64,000 bases of DNA, taken from positions 5,344 through 69,343 of the IMG/VR virus record IMGVR_UViG_3300037247_001358; one strand, written 5' to 3'. Under the pieces are notes generated by a model. That model worked only from the letters and a program-made list of their open reading frames with translations. It was not told the DNA's origin and searched no databases. The stretch comes from a virus. How positions within the stretch are numbered: position 1 is the stretch's first letter; the number at the start of each line of letters is the position of its first letter. Of the stretch, positions 27,866 to 36,336 are shown in pieces. Both the position numbers and the translations under genes were made by a program.

Positions 27866-28375
27866 ATGGGACGTGAAGCGAGACGAGTGCGACTGGGGCT
27901 GGAGGAACCCCAAGACGAGACGTTCTGGGGCTATCTGCTGGACCCCATACCCTGCCGCTCATGTAACGAGACGGGTAAGAACGCGAACGGTGATTGGTGC
28001 TGCATCTGCGAAGGTGAGGGCAACGTCCACCCAAAGGTGAGCCTACCCGCGTATCCGGTGGACGCACTGCCGTCATGGTTTCGTGTCCCCGAACTGGTCA
28101 AGGACTTTGGTTGGCAGATGTGGGAGACGACCAGTGAGGGCTCGCCCATGTCACCTATCTTCAAGACACCAGAAGAGTTGGCCGCTTGGCTAGCGGAAAC
28201 AGGTGCGTCGGCTTTTGCCAGGATGACGGCCACCCGTGAAGAGTGGCTTGGTATGATTCTCCATCACGGCAGCGCCTCGAGTGCTGTTCTCCATGTTGGC
28301 TCTGATGGACGAGGACAGATGGAATCCGGCGTAGCAGCCCTCAGCAAAGAGCCGACACGGGATACTGAGACCTAA
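27866..28375 (+). CDS. conserved phage protein with DnaJ-type zinc finger
   Basis: CxxCxxTG...CxxCxGxG; WQMWETTSEGSPMSPIF.T.EELA.W. Confidence 0.7.
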   Translation: MGREARRVRLGLEEPQDETFWGYLLDPIPCRSCNETGKNANGDWCCICEGEGNVHPKVSLPAYPVDALPSWFRVPELVKDFGWQMWETTSEGSPMSPIFKTPEELAAWLAETGASAFARMTATREEWLGMILHHGSASSAVLHVGSDGRGQMESGVAALSKEPTRDTET

Positions 28376-29265
28376 CCCAGGCTCTCGGACTGCTGGCGCA
28401 GCGCCTCGGCGAACAGGTCGGGGCGCTTCCCTATCCGCTCCAGCACGTCGGAGCCGGACAGCTCGGGCGGGTCCACCCCGTCATGGCCACAGAACTCGTA
28501 GAGGGCGAGCCGGAGGAACTTCGCTGGCAGGCTGTACCGCTGCACGGGCTCCAGGCAGGCCGCTAGGCCGGGCAGGGAGGCCGGCCCGGGGAAGGTGACG
28601 ATCTTGTGGTCCGGGTAGCCGACGTTGACGGCGGCGTGGATCTCTTCGGCGAACTCCCAGCAGGCGTCCAGGTCTGAGACCGGCAGGCTACCGTTCTGAC
28701 GCAGTGTTTGGAAGTAGGGGCCGGGTGCCCGCACTGACGAGACGAAGTGTGGGGAGGCCGGAAGGCGGGAGGAATAGAAGGATGCAACCCGATTCAGGAA
28801 ATCCTCTTCCTCCTCAGCCGAGGAGGAGGATCCTTCTTCAGAAGGATCCTCCGAAGAGTCTGGTTCAGAGACCCTCTGGTTATCTAGGACACCCGTGTCC
28901 TTAGGGGTTAGGACACGGGTGTCACTAGGTAGGGACATACCAGGTATCTGACGGATGACAGTGTAGAGGTTTGTGTCCAGCTCCTTTGTAGCTTCCCCGG
29001 AGTCATCTTCCTTCCAACGGTGCTCCACCCACAGCGCGCCAACCTCTTTAAGTTCTATAAGGGCGCGGGCGATGTGCCGCACGGAACACTGGCAACGCTT
29101 CGCTAGGTAGGCCCGGCTAGAGAAAGAGGTGCGTGTCTTTCTGTCGGCCATCGTTGCCAGCACGCAGTAGAGGCGTATCGCTGTGGGGCTGATCTTCTGG
29201 TCCAGAACCCACTCTGGGAGTATGGCGAAGGGTCCGGTGTCGCTCTGTACGTCTATCTTCGGCAT
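28372..29265 (-). CDS. N-terminal wHTH replication-initiator-like protein (lambda O/DnaD-like)
   Basis: FAILP...ISPTAIRLY..L...A......SR..LA..C..S...I.RAL.EL...G; ATG at 29265 with AGAGGAG SD. Confidence 0.75.
   Translation of the reverse strand: MPKIDVQSDTGPFAILPEWVLDQKISPTAIRLYCVLATMADRKTRTSFSSRAYLAKRCQCSVRHIARALIELKEVGALWVEHRWKEDDSGEATKELDTNLYTVIRQIPGMSLPSDTRVLTPKDTGVLDNQRVSEPDSSEDPSEEGSSSSAEEEEDFLNRVASFYSSRLPASPHFVSSVRAPGPYFQTLRQNGSLPVSDLDACWEFAEEIHAAVNVGYPDHKIVTFPGPASLPGLAACLEPVQRYSLPAKFLRLALYEFCGHDGVDPPELSGSDVLERIGKRPDLFAEALRQQSESLG
28885..28926. repeat. paired palindromes GGACAC-NN(N)-GTGTC inside the initiator gene (iteron-like)
   Basis: AGGACACCCGTGTCCT and AGGACACGGGTGTCACT in the linker-coding region. 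Confidence 0.5.
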
Positions 29266-29390
29266 CGTTTTCTCCTCTTGACTTAGAGGCACCGCCCTGT
29301 TAGAGTGGGGGTACCGACGTATCAGGCCGCGATCATCATCGCACACCTCACCCCTGCCCGCAAGGCGGGGGCTCGGTGTTTCTTGGGGGC

Positions 29391-29419
29391 TTGACATTAG
29401 TGCGACAGACTTGTATGCT
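29391..29419 (+). promoter_or_regulatory. promoter P1 TTGACA-17-TATGCT
   Basis: Spacer contains operator-like TGCGACAGACTTGT. Confidence 0.75.
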
Positions 29420-29424
29420 GAAGA

Positions 29425-29556
29425 CGGACGGCCAGCTTCCTCCGCACGGAGGCGGCGCAGGGAGGCAGCAAGTTGATAAGGACATCTCGTAGGGAAAGGG
29501 AGTGGGAGCAGGGGGATCCCCCGCCACCGGACACCCCCCTGCTCCCAGGCCGCTCC
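29425..29556 (+). ncRNA. putative small structured RNA 1
   Basis: Downstream of P1, non-coding, 12-bp stem GGGAGCAGGGGG/CCCCCTGCTCCC with loop containing CCCCGCCACC. Confidence 0.45.
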
Positions 29557-29558
29557 TC

Positions 29559-29588
29559 TTGACACACAGGTCTGATTCCATGTAGATT
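29559..29588 (+). promoter_or_regulatory. promoter P2 TTGACA-18-TAGATT
   Basis: Direct reading. Confidence 0.6.
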
Positions 29589-29593
29589 GAGGG

Positions 29594-29684
29594 CGGAGGT
29601 GCCACCTCAGCCCTCCATAGGTCGTCGAGAGTTCCCCGCCGGGCAGTCCCACCCCGCCACCAGCAACCGGCGGGGGCTCTCTCC
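29594..29684 (+). ncRNA. putative small structured RNA 2
   Basis: About 15-bp stem GAGAGTTCCCCGCCGG/CCGGCGGGGGCTCTC with loop containing CCCCGCCACCA. Confidence 0.45.
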
Positions 29685-29686
29685 CA

Positions 29687-29725
29687 CAGACAGACTTGAC
29701 GCACACCCCCAAGCCCTGCTACGCT
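29687..29725 (+). promoter_or_regulatory. promoter P3 TTGACG-18-TACGCT within CAGACAGACTTGACGCA box
   Basis: Direct reading; extended -10 TG. Confidence 0.7.
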
Positions 29726-29731
29726 ATTCAT

Positions 29732-29812
29732 GGGGCACCGAGCCCCTCGCGGTAGCCGGTTGGTCCTTCCCCCTGGTATACTGTTCGGAGCCAAGCTCGG
29801 TGCCCCGCTTTC
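29732..29812 (+). ncRNA. putative small structured RNA 3
   Basis: Perfect 12-bp closing stem GGGGCACCGAGC/GCTCGGTGCCCC starting at the expected TSS of P3, followed by a T-rich tail. Confidence 0.5.
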
Positions 29813-29830
29813 TTGGAAGGAGGAAAGCTG

Positions 29831-30016
29831 ATAAAGATGCCTGAAGACTACCCGTTATGGTGCCTATCCTGCCGCCGGGAAGTCCCCGTGTGCCCTGCTG
29901 AGATGGGGCCGCCACCAATCGACATGTACTGCCCCGACTGCGGTCACCTACTATGTGAACTGCGGGAGGATCACGACCGAGCCGCTTTGGCGGGGGCGAG
30001 GAAAGTGAGGGAATAG
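29831..30016 (+). CDS. zinc-ribbon protein
   Basis: CLSC...CPDCG; start either ATA 29831 (7 nt from AGGAGG) or ATG 29837. Confidence 0.65.
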   Translation: MKMPEDYPLWCLSCRREVPVCPAEMGPPPIDMYCPDCGHLLCELREDHDRAALAGARKVRE

Positions 30017-30589
30017 ATAGGTCGATGGGCAGGTGTCCTCTCCGCCCTGGCGGTGACTTGGGCGATGGGGACCGGCCTGCTGCTGGGTCATGCGTATGAT
30101 TCCCCCGATCCCGACCGTCCTGAACCTAGTGTTGCTCGCGTTCGCGTTGCGTCTCCTGTGGAGCGCGGCTTCCAGGCGATGGCGTACGTGGAGGCGGCCG
30201 AGCAGGCTGCTCGCAACGCCTTGGTTCAACAGACGAGACCGGCACCCACCCCAACGCTGGGTGTTGGAGGGGCTGTCGAACTCCCCGTTTCCACAAAACT
30301 TCCCCCGCTCCGACCAGCCTTCGTCGAAGCCTTCGGAGACCGGTGGCAGTACGCCTTCGAGGTAGCTCGCTGTGAAACGGGAGGATTTCGCCCTGACGTT
30401 ATCTACGGCCCAACGAGAGGGAGTGCGGGTGAGCGAGGCTTGTTTCAACTTTTGTCACCTAGCGGGGTTGGGGACGCTTTTCTAGCAGCGGGTTATGCGG
30501 ACTTCTTCGACCCCTACCAGCAGATCGAGTTCGTCGCCGCCTACACGGCGGAGAACGGATGGTTAGCATGGCGCGGCTGCCTGCCGTAG
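30017..30589 (+). CDS. membrane-anchored lytic transglycosylase (SLT/lysozyme-like)
   Basis: Catalytic ARCET, GLFQ, FDP, GW..W motifs; N-terminal hydrophobic anchor; probable ATA start (GTG 30053 alternative). Confidence 0.75.
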   Translation: MGRWAGVLSALAVTWAMGTGLLLGHAYDSPDPDRPEPSVARVRVASPVERGFQAMAYVEAAEQAARNALVQQTRPAPTPTLGVGGAVELPVSTKLPPLRPAFVEAFGDRWQYAFEVARCETGGFRPDVIYGPTRGSAGERGLFQLLSPSGVGDAFLAAGYADFFDPYQQIEFVAAYTAENGWLAWRGCLP

Positions 30590-30825
30590 ACCTGGAGGCG
30601 GCGGCCTGCACCCTATCGCCGACGGGGGCGCACCATTGGGTGCTGCGCTACACAGCATCGCAGGGACATTGCCGTCACTGTGGGGAGGCCCGCAGGTTTC
30701 AGACGACCTACCAGCCGGGGCGGGGACGGGCTGGCCACATCGTCCGCTCTCGAGAGGGTAGCGATCCTGCTCCAGCACGGAAGATGCGCCAGGATCTAGA
30801 AAAGCAATCAGCGGAAGAGGGGTGA
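30568..30825 (+). CDS. zinc-binding hypothetical protein
   Basis: C..SPTGAHHW...CRHCG. Confidence 0.6.
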   Translation: MARLPAVDLEAAACTLSPTGAHHWVLRYTASQGHCRHCGEARRFQTTYQPGRGRAGHIVRSREGSDPAPARKMRQDLEKQSAEEG

Positions 30826-30832
30826 AACACCT

Positions 30833-31045
30833 TTGGCTGTAGACAAGGAGACGGCTACCCTGCTCCGGGATCTGTATGTCATCACCCACATGCAGGCCCA
30901 GCTCGATAAGGAAGGGCGTACGTTGGTCGTAAAGTGGGCTGCTCTACGCCTGCGGCTGGAGGATGCACTGATACGGAATGGTGTGGAGATTCCACACCGG
31001 CCGGAAATAGGATCCGTAGAGGAGGAGTTTGATGCCAAGACCTAG
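30833..31045 (+). CDS. hypothetical protein
   Basis: TTG start with GAGGGG SD. Confidence 0.55.
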   Translation: MAVDKETATLLRDLYVITHMQAQLDKEGRTLVVKWAALRLRLEDALIRNGVEIPHRPEIGSVEEEFDAKT

Positions 31046-31454
31046 CTGGCCCAGTCGGATGCTGCTGCTCGCCGAACTGTGGTCCCAATTCTCTACCTGC
31101 GTCCGGCGGAAGGTGGGCGCCGTCGTCTACGACCCGAAGACGTACGCCATCCTGGGCGTGGGCTATAACGACACGCCCTTCGGTGAGACGGACTGTGGGG
31201 ATGGTGGCTGCCCCGCTTGCGCCGAGGGCTCGGTGCGTGACCGAACGGACTGCCGTGACGTCCACGCCGAGATGAACGCCATCCTCCTCTCCAGGGCGGA
31301 CGTGCGGGGCGCCCACCTCGCCATCTGGAGCGTCAAGGACGGGGAGGTCGTCGTCGATCCGCCCTGCGTGAGCTGCCACAAGAACCGCATCCAGGCGGGC
31401 ATCGACATGGTGCTCATTGGGGACGGTGACCGCCTCGAGTACGTCGAGCCGTAG
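31029..31454 (+). CDS. dCMP deaminase
   Basis: STC.RRKVGAV, GYN, HAEMNAI, PCVSC. Confidence 0.92.
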   Translation: MMPRPSWPSRMLLLAELWSQFSTCVRRKVGAVVYDPKTYAILGVGYNDTPFGETDCGDGGCPACAEGSVRDRTDCRDVHAEMNAILLSRADVRGAHLAIWSVKDGEVVVDPPCVSCHKNRIQAGIDMVLIGDGDRLEYVEP

Positions 31455-31591
31455 TGACAGATGGCCTGCTTAGATTGTCGGCATCAACACCTGTCCTATG
31501 GGCGTTGTCCTCTTTGTGGCTGCCGGGCACATCGTCTTTACCCGACGCTAGGAGAAATCCGCCACACCGAGAAGCTGGGCAAGGGGCGTCC

Positions 31592-31987
31592 ATGAGAATC
31601 TACCTCGCCCCACGGTATTCCCGACGCGAGGAAATGGTGAGGTACAAGGCTGACCTGGAGGCGCTAGGCCACACGGTCTACGGCAACTGGATCGAGGATC
31701 CCTACCCAGCTAGTGAGGAATACATACTTGCCCACTCAGCTATCGCTGCCGACCTAGCACTAGACGATCTTCGTGAGATCGACAAGGTAGATACATTGAT
31801 CGCCTTCACAGAGCTTCCGACTAGTCGTCCATATCGAGGTGGTCGTCACGTCGAAATGGGCTACGCCCTAGGGCGTGACAAGACCATCATCGTCGTGGGG
31901 CCGCGAGAAAACGTCTTTCACTGTCTTGGGATGTCCGTCTATCCGGACTGGCTGGCCGCTCTCAGGGCGATTGAGGCGCTGCGGTGA
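31592..31987 (+). CDS. nucleoside 2-deoxyribosyltransferase-like protein
   Basis: IYLA, DL..I..D.LIAF, GGRHVEMGYA, VVGPRENVFH. Confidence 0.8.
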   Translation: MRIYLAPRYSRREEMVRYKADLEALGHTVYGNWIEDPYPASEEYILAHSAIAADLALDDLREIDKVDTLIAFTELPTSRPYRGGRHVEMGYALGRDKTIIVVGPRENVFHCLGMSVYPDWLAALRAIEALR

Positions 31988-32009
31988 CCGCTACGAGAAC
32001 GCTGCGTCT

Positions 32010-32366
32010 ATGATCATCCACGACAAGGGCACTACTATCGTCGTCACGGTCACCGACCACGGGCCGGTTGAGGTGGCGACGGACGAGAACCAGGGACAGG
32101 TGTTCCTCGACTGGTGGAAGGAGCGGGCGCGGGACTACCGAGCGCCCCGCTACCGGCCAACCGGCGCCGACCGCCGGATAGCCGCCCGGCTCGTCAGCAG
32201 GTACGGACTTGACAGACTAAAACGGGTTGGATTATCATTCTGGCGCCGGTACTCCGACCCGCTCATCTCGGGGGAGTACCGCCATCACATGATCCTGTTT
32301 CAGCGCCACTTCGCTGAGGCAGAACGAGACGACCAGGAAATCGAGACGACCGAGATTTCTGACTAG
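32010..32366 (+). CDS. hypothetical protein (possible helicase loader/replication accessory)
   Basis: ORF immediately upstream of DnaB-like helicase; function is positional inference. Confidence 0.55.
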   Translation: MIIHDKGTTIVVTVTDHGPVEVATDENQGQVFLDWWKERARDYRAPRYRPTGADRRIAARLVSRYGLDRLKRVGLSFWRRYSDPLISGEYRHHMILFQRHFAEAERDDQEIETTEISD

Positions 32367-32392
32367 GGGTCCGTAGCCAGGGAGAACGTGCG

Positions 32393-33694
32393 GTGGAGAG
32401 CGCCTCCAGCGACATCATGTTCTTTGCGGTCAATTTGTTGTTGCACGATCTCAGATTCGTGCAGGCTCATGGCGGCCGCTTTCCCCGCACGCTCTTCCCT
32501 AAAGGCCCCCTCCAGGCTCTTGCCGCTCTCGCGCTCGAGCAGGCCCAGCGCTACCGCAGGACGGTGAGCCCGACCGTCCTCGCCGTCTGCCTCCAAGGTG
32601 GTTGGGGTCCCCCCGACTTCTACGGCACGACGGACGAGGAGATGCGGGCCATCTACCACGACCTCGACCAGTTCGCCGTCGATGACGACGCCCGCCCCCG
32701 TGTCGTCGAACTCGTCCTCGCTTGGTCCCGCCAGCGGCAGATGGGCATGGCCCTCGATGAGTCGGCCCAGGCCCTCGCCAAGGGTGATGAAGAGGCGGCG
32801 GCCGCTGCCCTCTCCTCAGCCAGAAGGCCATTTGCCAGCGAAGAGGAGCCACTACGACTCGACCGAGACTTTCGCCGTGCGTTGACCCCCCTGCCAGAGA
32901 ACGCCATCCCCACTGGGTTCACCAAGGTCGACAGCGCCTGGGTCGGCGGCATCCGACCGAGGGAGTTGGGTGTCGTCCTGGCAGCGACGAATGTGGGAAA
33001 GACTTCTGCGCTGTGCTTCTTCGCTGCCACGGCCTACAAGAAGAACTACCGGGTTCTCTACTACACCTTCGAGTTAGCCCCCCGGCAGGTGCTCCGGCGG
33101 ATCGTCTCCGCCGTGCTCCGCCGGCCAGCGGGCAACGTGCCAGTCGAGGAGGGGCCGGAGCTTCTAGAGCAGATCAGGCGCAACCGGCACCTAAACGGCG
33201 CCGACATCGAGATCAGGGGCGGGACGAAGAGCGTAGGTGACCTCATGCTCGACCTAGAGGAGCTAGACCAGGAGGGGCGGAAGCCACACATTATCCTGCT
33301 GGACTCCGGCGATGACTTGATCCCCCGCCTCACCTACCAGACCCTGTACATGACGCAGGGTGAGCTGTACGCCGACCTCCGCAAGCTGGCGATGGCGGTG
33401 GAGGTGGCCATCTGGTCGTCCACACAGGCCACAAGGGAGGCGATCGACAAGGCCCGTATCAGCCTCAAGCACATGGGAGACAGCTTCTGGAAAGCGCGGC
33501 GGGGGCACTATGTTCTGGGCTTCGCCCAAACAGAGCAGGAGCGCAACGAGCCGTTCGGTCCCTACATGTCGCTGCATATCATCAAAGACTCGGAGCACGG
33601 GTCGGCTGGCCGCAGCTTCCAGCTCCGGCCGCAGTTCGGCCGGGGTGGGGACGGTTGGCCGGGTTTTGAGGAGGTAGACCGACCTGATGATTGA
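32393..33694 (+). CDS. DnaB-like replicative helicase
   Basis: IPTGF, AATNVGKT, YYTFEL, ILLDSGD, WSSTQATR. Confidence 0.9.
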   Translation: MESASSDIMFFAVNLLLHDLRFVQAHGGRFPRTLFPKGPLQALAALALEQAQRYRRTVSPTVLAVCLQGGWGPPDFYGTTDEEMRAIYHDLDQFAVDDDARPRVVELVLAWSRQRQMGMALDESAQALAKGDEEAAAAALSSARRPFASEEEPLRLDRDFRRALTPLPENAIPTGFTKVDSAWVGGIRPRELGVVLAATNVGKTSALCFFAATAYKKNYRVLYYTFELAPRQVLRRIVSAVLRRPAGNVPVEEGPELLEQIRRNRHLNGADIEIRGGTKSVGDLMLDLEELDQEGRKPHIILLDSGDDLIPRLTYQTLYMTQGELYADLRKLAMAVEVAIWSSTQATREAIDKARISLKHMGDSFWKARRGHYVLGFAQTEQERNEPFGPYMSLHIIKDSEHGSAGRSFQLRPQFGRGGDGWPGFEEVDRPDD

Positions 33695-34310
33695 GCCGAC
33701 AGCGGTGACACCCAGCGTGACTGCGCAGATAACCGCCGCTGCTGTGACGTGGCTCTCCAAGCCGTTCTCCGTGATGGTGGTCACCGAGTTGACGGAGCGC
33801 AGCTACTGGAGCGACCGCCTAGATGTCGTGGCCGTGATGCCGAACACGAAGCATATCGTGGTCGTTGAAGTCAAGGCATCTCGCGCCGACTTCCTGCGTG
33901 GGCGCGACAAGGTCGAGAAGCGCGGCAAGACCCAGTTCGAGAAGTACCTGGCCTTCTGCAACCAGCTCTACATCGCTGCGCCCAAAGGCATGGTCGAGAA
34001 GTCGGAGGTGCCTGCGGGCATTGGCCTGATCAACGTCTATGAGTCGGGGAAAGCGCGGCTGTCAAAGCGGGCGGCAAGGCGTGATGTCGAGCCCACCACC
34101 TACCTGATGGTGCTGGAGCGCGTGATGCAGAAGCTCATTGTCGAGGGCCACCGTTGGAGCCAGGAGACCACATGGCGGAAGCAGCGAGAGGAGTGGGAGC
34201 CCCGCCGAGCCTTCCGTGACTGGCTACGTGCTCATGAGAATGGGGGCAGGTGGCCCCCACTGCCGCGATCAGTACGCCTCCCTGCCAGAAGGACTGGCCG
34301 CTGTGACTAA
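33687..34310 (+). CDS. MmcB-like PD-(D/E)XK nuclease-fold protein
   Basis: RLDVV..., VEVKASRADF, Y..FCNQLY..AP, GIGLI. Confidence 0.8.
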   Translation: MIEPTAVTPSVTAQITAAAVTWLSKPFSVMVVTELTERSYWSDRLDVVAVMPNTKHIVVVEVKASRADFLRGRDKVEKRGKTQFEKYLAFCNQLYIAAPKGMVEKSEVPAGIGLINVYESGKARLSKRAARRDVEPTTYLMVLERVMQKLIVEGHRWSQETTWRKQREEWEPRRAFRDWLRAHENGGRWPPLPRSVRLPARRTGRCD

Positions 34311-34692
34311 ACGCTGGGCCGCTGAGCGTGAGATGCTACCCGACGTGCGGCCGTCGATCACCCACAAGTTCCAGATCCACTCGGGTCAGGGCAGCCACTC
34401 CTGCTACATGACGGTCGGCTTCTTCGACCAGGGGCGGAAACGGCCGGGCGAGGTCTTCATCCGCATGGGCAAGCAGGGCTCGACGCTCAACGGCCTGCTC
34501 GACACCGTGGGCATCCTCATCAGCTACGGGCTCCAGTACGGCGTGCCCCTGGCCGACCTCTGCGGGAAGCTCAAGGGGATAACCTTCGAGCCGGGGGGTG
34601 GGACGAGCAACCCCGACCTCCCGAAGTGCAGCTCGATCATCGACTACGTGTTCGCATGGTTGGAGCAGGAGTACGTTGATGCGCCTTCTTGA
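34303..34692 (+). CDS. stand-alone class II ribonucleotide reductase C-terminal (TSCPD) domain
   Basis: YMTVG...PGEVFI..GKQGS...ISYGLQYGVPL...FEP.G...SIIDY. Confidence 0.85.
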   Translation: MTKRWAAEREMLPDVRPSITHKFQIHSGQGSHSCYMTVGFFDQGRKRPGEVFIRMGKQGSTLNGLLDTVGILISYGLQYGVPLADLCGKLKGITFEPGGGTSNPDLPKCSSIIDYVFAWLEQEYVDAPS

Positions 34693-35332
34693 TCTGTTCT
34701 GTGGTGCTGGCGGTGCGGCAAGGGGCTACCACGATGCGGGCTTCGAGGAGATCGTGGGTGTGGATACTAACCCGAAGATGCTGCGGTCATACCCATTTGA
34801 GTGTCACGAGGCGGACGCAATGACGTTCCCGCTGGATGGCTTCGACGTGATTCACGCCAGTCCGCCCTGCCAAGGCTACTCTGCGACTCGCCACTTTACT
34901 AGACGGCACTACCCAAAGCTCATTCCTGCTGTACGAGCGCGGCTGGAGCAGAATGGGGCATTATGGGTCATCGAAAATGTTGTTGGTGCGCCCCTGGTCG
35001 ATCCAATCGTGCTCTGCGGATCGTCGTTCGGCCTTGGCCTGCCGGGGGAGGAATTGCGCCGTCATCGACTGTTTGAGTCCTCTGTGTCATTGGTTGCACC
35101 CCCATGTGGCCACCGTCTGCGCGTGGTTGGCGTTTATGGTCATGGACGCCAGGGTTGTCGGGATCGTGCGAATTGCGAAGATCATTGTAGAGGACATGGC
35201 TTGGGAGCAGACGAGGCCCGCCTTGCAATGGCTATCGACTGGATGAATCGGGATCAGCTTCGGGAGGCTATCCCACCAGCCTACACAGAATGGATCGGGA
35301 GACAACTAATCGCCTACTGGGAGGATCCATGA
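34679..35332 (+). CDS. DNA cytosine-C5 methyltransferase
   Basis: LDLFCGAGG, HASPPCQ, IENV, RRHRLFE, EAIPPAY. Confidence 0.9.
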   Translation: MRLLDLFCGAGGAARGYHDAGFEEIVGVDTNPKMLRSYPFECHEADAMTFPLDGFDVIHASPPCQGYSATRHFTRRHYPKLIPAVRARLEQNGALWVIENVVGAPLVDPIVLCGSSFGLGLPGEELRRHRLFESSVSLVAPPCGHRLRVVGVYGHGRQGCRDRANCEDHCRGHGLGADEARLAMAIDWMNRDQLREAIPPAYTEWIGRQLIAYWEDP

Positions 35333-36291
35333 CCTACCTCGACGTCCTCGCTGAGCACGGCCTTGATCCGCTCGAGACATCGGGCGGGCGGGAGCTGACC
35401 ATCTGCTGCCCCCTCTGCCAGAGCAACAACAGGAAGCTCTACGTCAACGCCAAGACGGGCCAGTGGATCTGCTTCGTCTGTGAAGAGCGGGGCAATCCCT
35501 ACCGCCTCCTCCGTGAGGTGCTGGAGATCGAGCACTTCCAGGCCATGCGCCTGCTCGACAAGATCCAGAAGCAGGAGAGTGGCCCACGCCCGCTGTACGT
35601 CCCAGACCGTAAGGTCGAGGATGTCCGGCAGGAAGTAGAGACGCCGAGAGAGATGCACCTCCTGACCGATCCCTCCCATCCCGGGCAGGGGGTGTTCTGG
35701 CGCTATCTGGCTCAGCGGGAGGTCTCCCCCGGTGACGTGCTCCGGCACCGGATGGGCTTCGCCCTGCATGGCCGCTATGCCTACCGGATCCTGATCCCGG
35801 TCTACAGCGAGGGGACGATGTGGACCTTCGCCGCCCGTACCATCCTCCCCGACGTCGAGCCGAGAGTCCTCTACGCGGAAGGTTCACATCCCAGCCGCGC
35901 GCTCTTCAACATCGACAACGTCACGACACCCGACGTCTTCCTGGTGGAGGGTGTCTTCGACGCACTCCGACTCCGCAGCAATGCCGTCGCCTCACTTGGC
36001 ACCAACCTCTCGGCCCACCAACGAGACCTGCTCAGGCGGAAAGGCGTGAAGACTATCATCATTCTCTGGGACGGCGACCCGCCAGGCCGAGCGGGGGCTG
36101 CCCGTGTCGCCGAGCAACTCCACGCTGCCCGCTTTCACGTCCGCCTGGCCCTCCTCCCCAACGGTAAGGATCCGGCGTCGGCTACCTGGCAGGAACTCCA
36201 CACCGCCATCTTCCAGGCGGACGATGTGTCCTATCCGTATCTATCGACCCGGCTCAGCGCAGACAGACTTGACGCACAGATTCCAAAGTAG
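35329..36291 (+). CDS. DNA primase (Zn finger + TOPRIM)
   Basis: CPLC...CFVC; LVEGVFDA; WDGD..G; KDP. Confidence 0.92.
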   Translation: MTYLDVLAEHGLDPLETSGGRELTICCPLCQSNNRKLYVNAKTGQWICFVCEERGNPYRLLREVLEIEHFQAMRLLDKIQKQESGPRPLYVPDRKVEDVRQEVETPREMHLLTDPSHPGQGVFWRYLAQREVSPGDVLRHRMGFALHGRYAYRILIPVYSEGTMWTFAARTILPDVEPRVLYAEGSHPSRALFNIDNVTTPDVFLVEGVFDALRLRSNAVASLGTNLSAHQRDLLRRKGVKTIIILWDGDPPGRAGAARVAEQLHAARFHVRLALLPNGKDPASATWQELHTAIFQADDVSYPYLSTRLSADRLDAQIPK

Positions 36292-36297
36292 TACCAT
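36260..36297 (+). promoter_or_regulatory. promoter TTGACG-17-TACCAT within CAGACAGACTTGACGCA box
   Basis: Upstream of ssb-recA. Confidence 0.75.
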
Positions 36298-36336
36298 CTG
36301 ATCAGAAGGTAGAAAGGTCGAAAGGAGAAAGGAAGA

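Noticed and set aside
29266-29712. N-terminal extension of ORF 28372-29712
   Set aside because: Crosses promoters and hairpins; the real start with SD is at 29265
29340-29812. Possible tRNA, tmRNA or CRISPR mini-array
   Set aside because: No cloverleaf or TTCG T-loop, and no identical direct repeats with regular spacers; kept only as putative sRNAs
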